Shown here piece after piece: positions 19,743 through 20,000 of a DNA stretch of 20,000 bases (positions are counted from its first letter, which is position 1; every line of letters begins with the position of its first letter). Made by a program: the position numbers and the translations under genes. This DNA is from Vermamoeba vermiformis. Lineage: Eukaryota. Where the stretch lies: the NCBI GenBank assembly GCA_045837725.1, contig JBEWZL010000041.1, positions 58,744 to 78,743 on the forward strand, given 5' to 3'. Under the pieces are notes generated by a model. That model made no database searches, was not told where the DNA came from, and saw only the letters and a list, made by a program, of their open reading frames with translations.

Positions 19743-20000
19743 CTATTTGTTTGGCTTTTGCTGTTTATCTCTCACTTTCCAAATCTCGATCAATTCTTCC
19801 ATGGGCGGGTGTCGCCATCTACATTTATCTCCGAATCGACAATATCCATATGTAACTAACGGATTGCAATTAGATGGGATAATAACCTTGACTGGATTTG
19901 GCGGTGACGGTGGGAATTCGCATTCTAAAACTAATTCCTTCAGCGGGCGCTCTTCTTCTTTAATTAGGGTGTTAGTAAATTGGGTGCGTTGAGGGGTGAG
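19743..20000 (-). CDS. 3' end of a CCCH zinc-finger protein gene (5' part outside the window)
   Basis: Minus frame is open from 20000 to TAG at 19745-19743: ...SNCNPLVTYGYCRFGDKCRWRHPPMEELIEIWK...; C-x8-C-x5-C-x3-H at 19868-19809. Absent from the ORF track. Confidence 0.8.
   Translation of the reverse strand, partial: LTPQRTQFTNTLIKEEERPLKELVLECEFPPSPPNPVKVIIPSNCNPLVTYGYCRFGDKCRWRHPPMEELIEIWKVRDKQQKPNK

Noticed and set aside
19717-19992. Plus-strand 91-aa ORF
   Set aside because: Antisense shadow of the CCCH zinc-finger exon; no recognisable motif.

Overview
Intron-rich, gene-dense eukaryotic DNA. Introns are short, AT-rich and GT-AG with CTRAY-type branch points, and the code is standard; a protist, possibly amoebozoan, is an inference. 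The ORF track shows only exon fragments, so I assembled the gene models by hand from splice sites and reading frames. 1-8209 (+): tandem array of four paralogues encoding signal peptide + right-handed parallel beta-helix + Ser/Pro/Gly/Asn stalk + GPI-like tail. Copy 1 is cut by the window edge, copies 2 and 3 are intact (504 aa each), and copy 4 has a 10-nt frameshifting deletion. The copies are recombinant mosaics. 8456-10933 (+): Thg1-like (TLP, 3'-5' polymerase family) gene whose 12-exon frame continues into a C-terminal domain with a dsRBD/Dicer-dimerisation-like pattern; this is the most unusual item. 11113-12893 (-): TlpA/ResA-type thioredoxin-fold protein with a long unrecognised N-terminus. 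13313-17680 (+): nucleoporin Nup93/Nic96. 17879-19590 (-): RhlG-like short-chain dehydrogenase ending in a PTS1-like ANL. 19743-20000 (-): 3' end of a CCCH zinc-finger gene. I recognised no tRNA, rRNA, CRISPR array or transposon.
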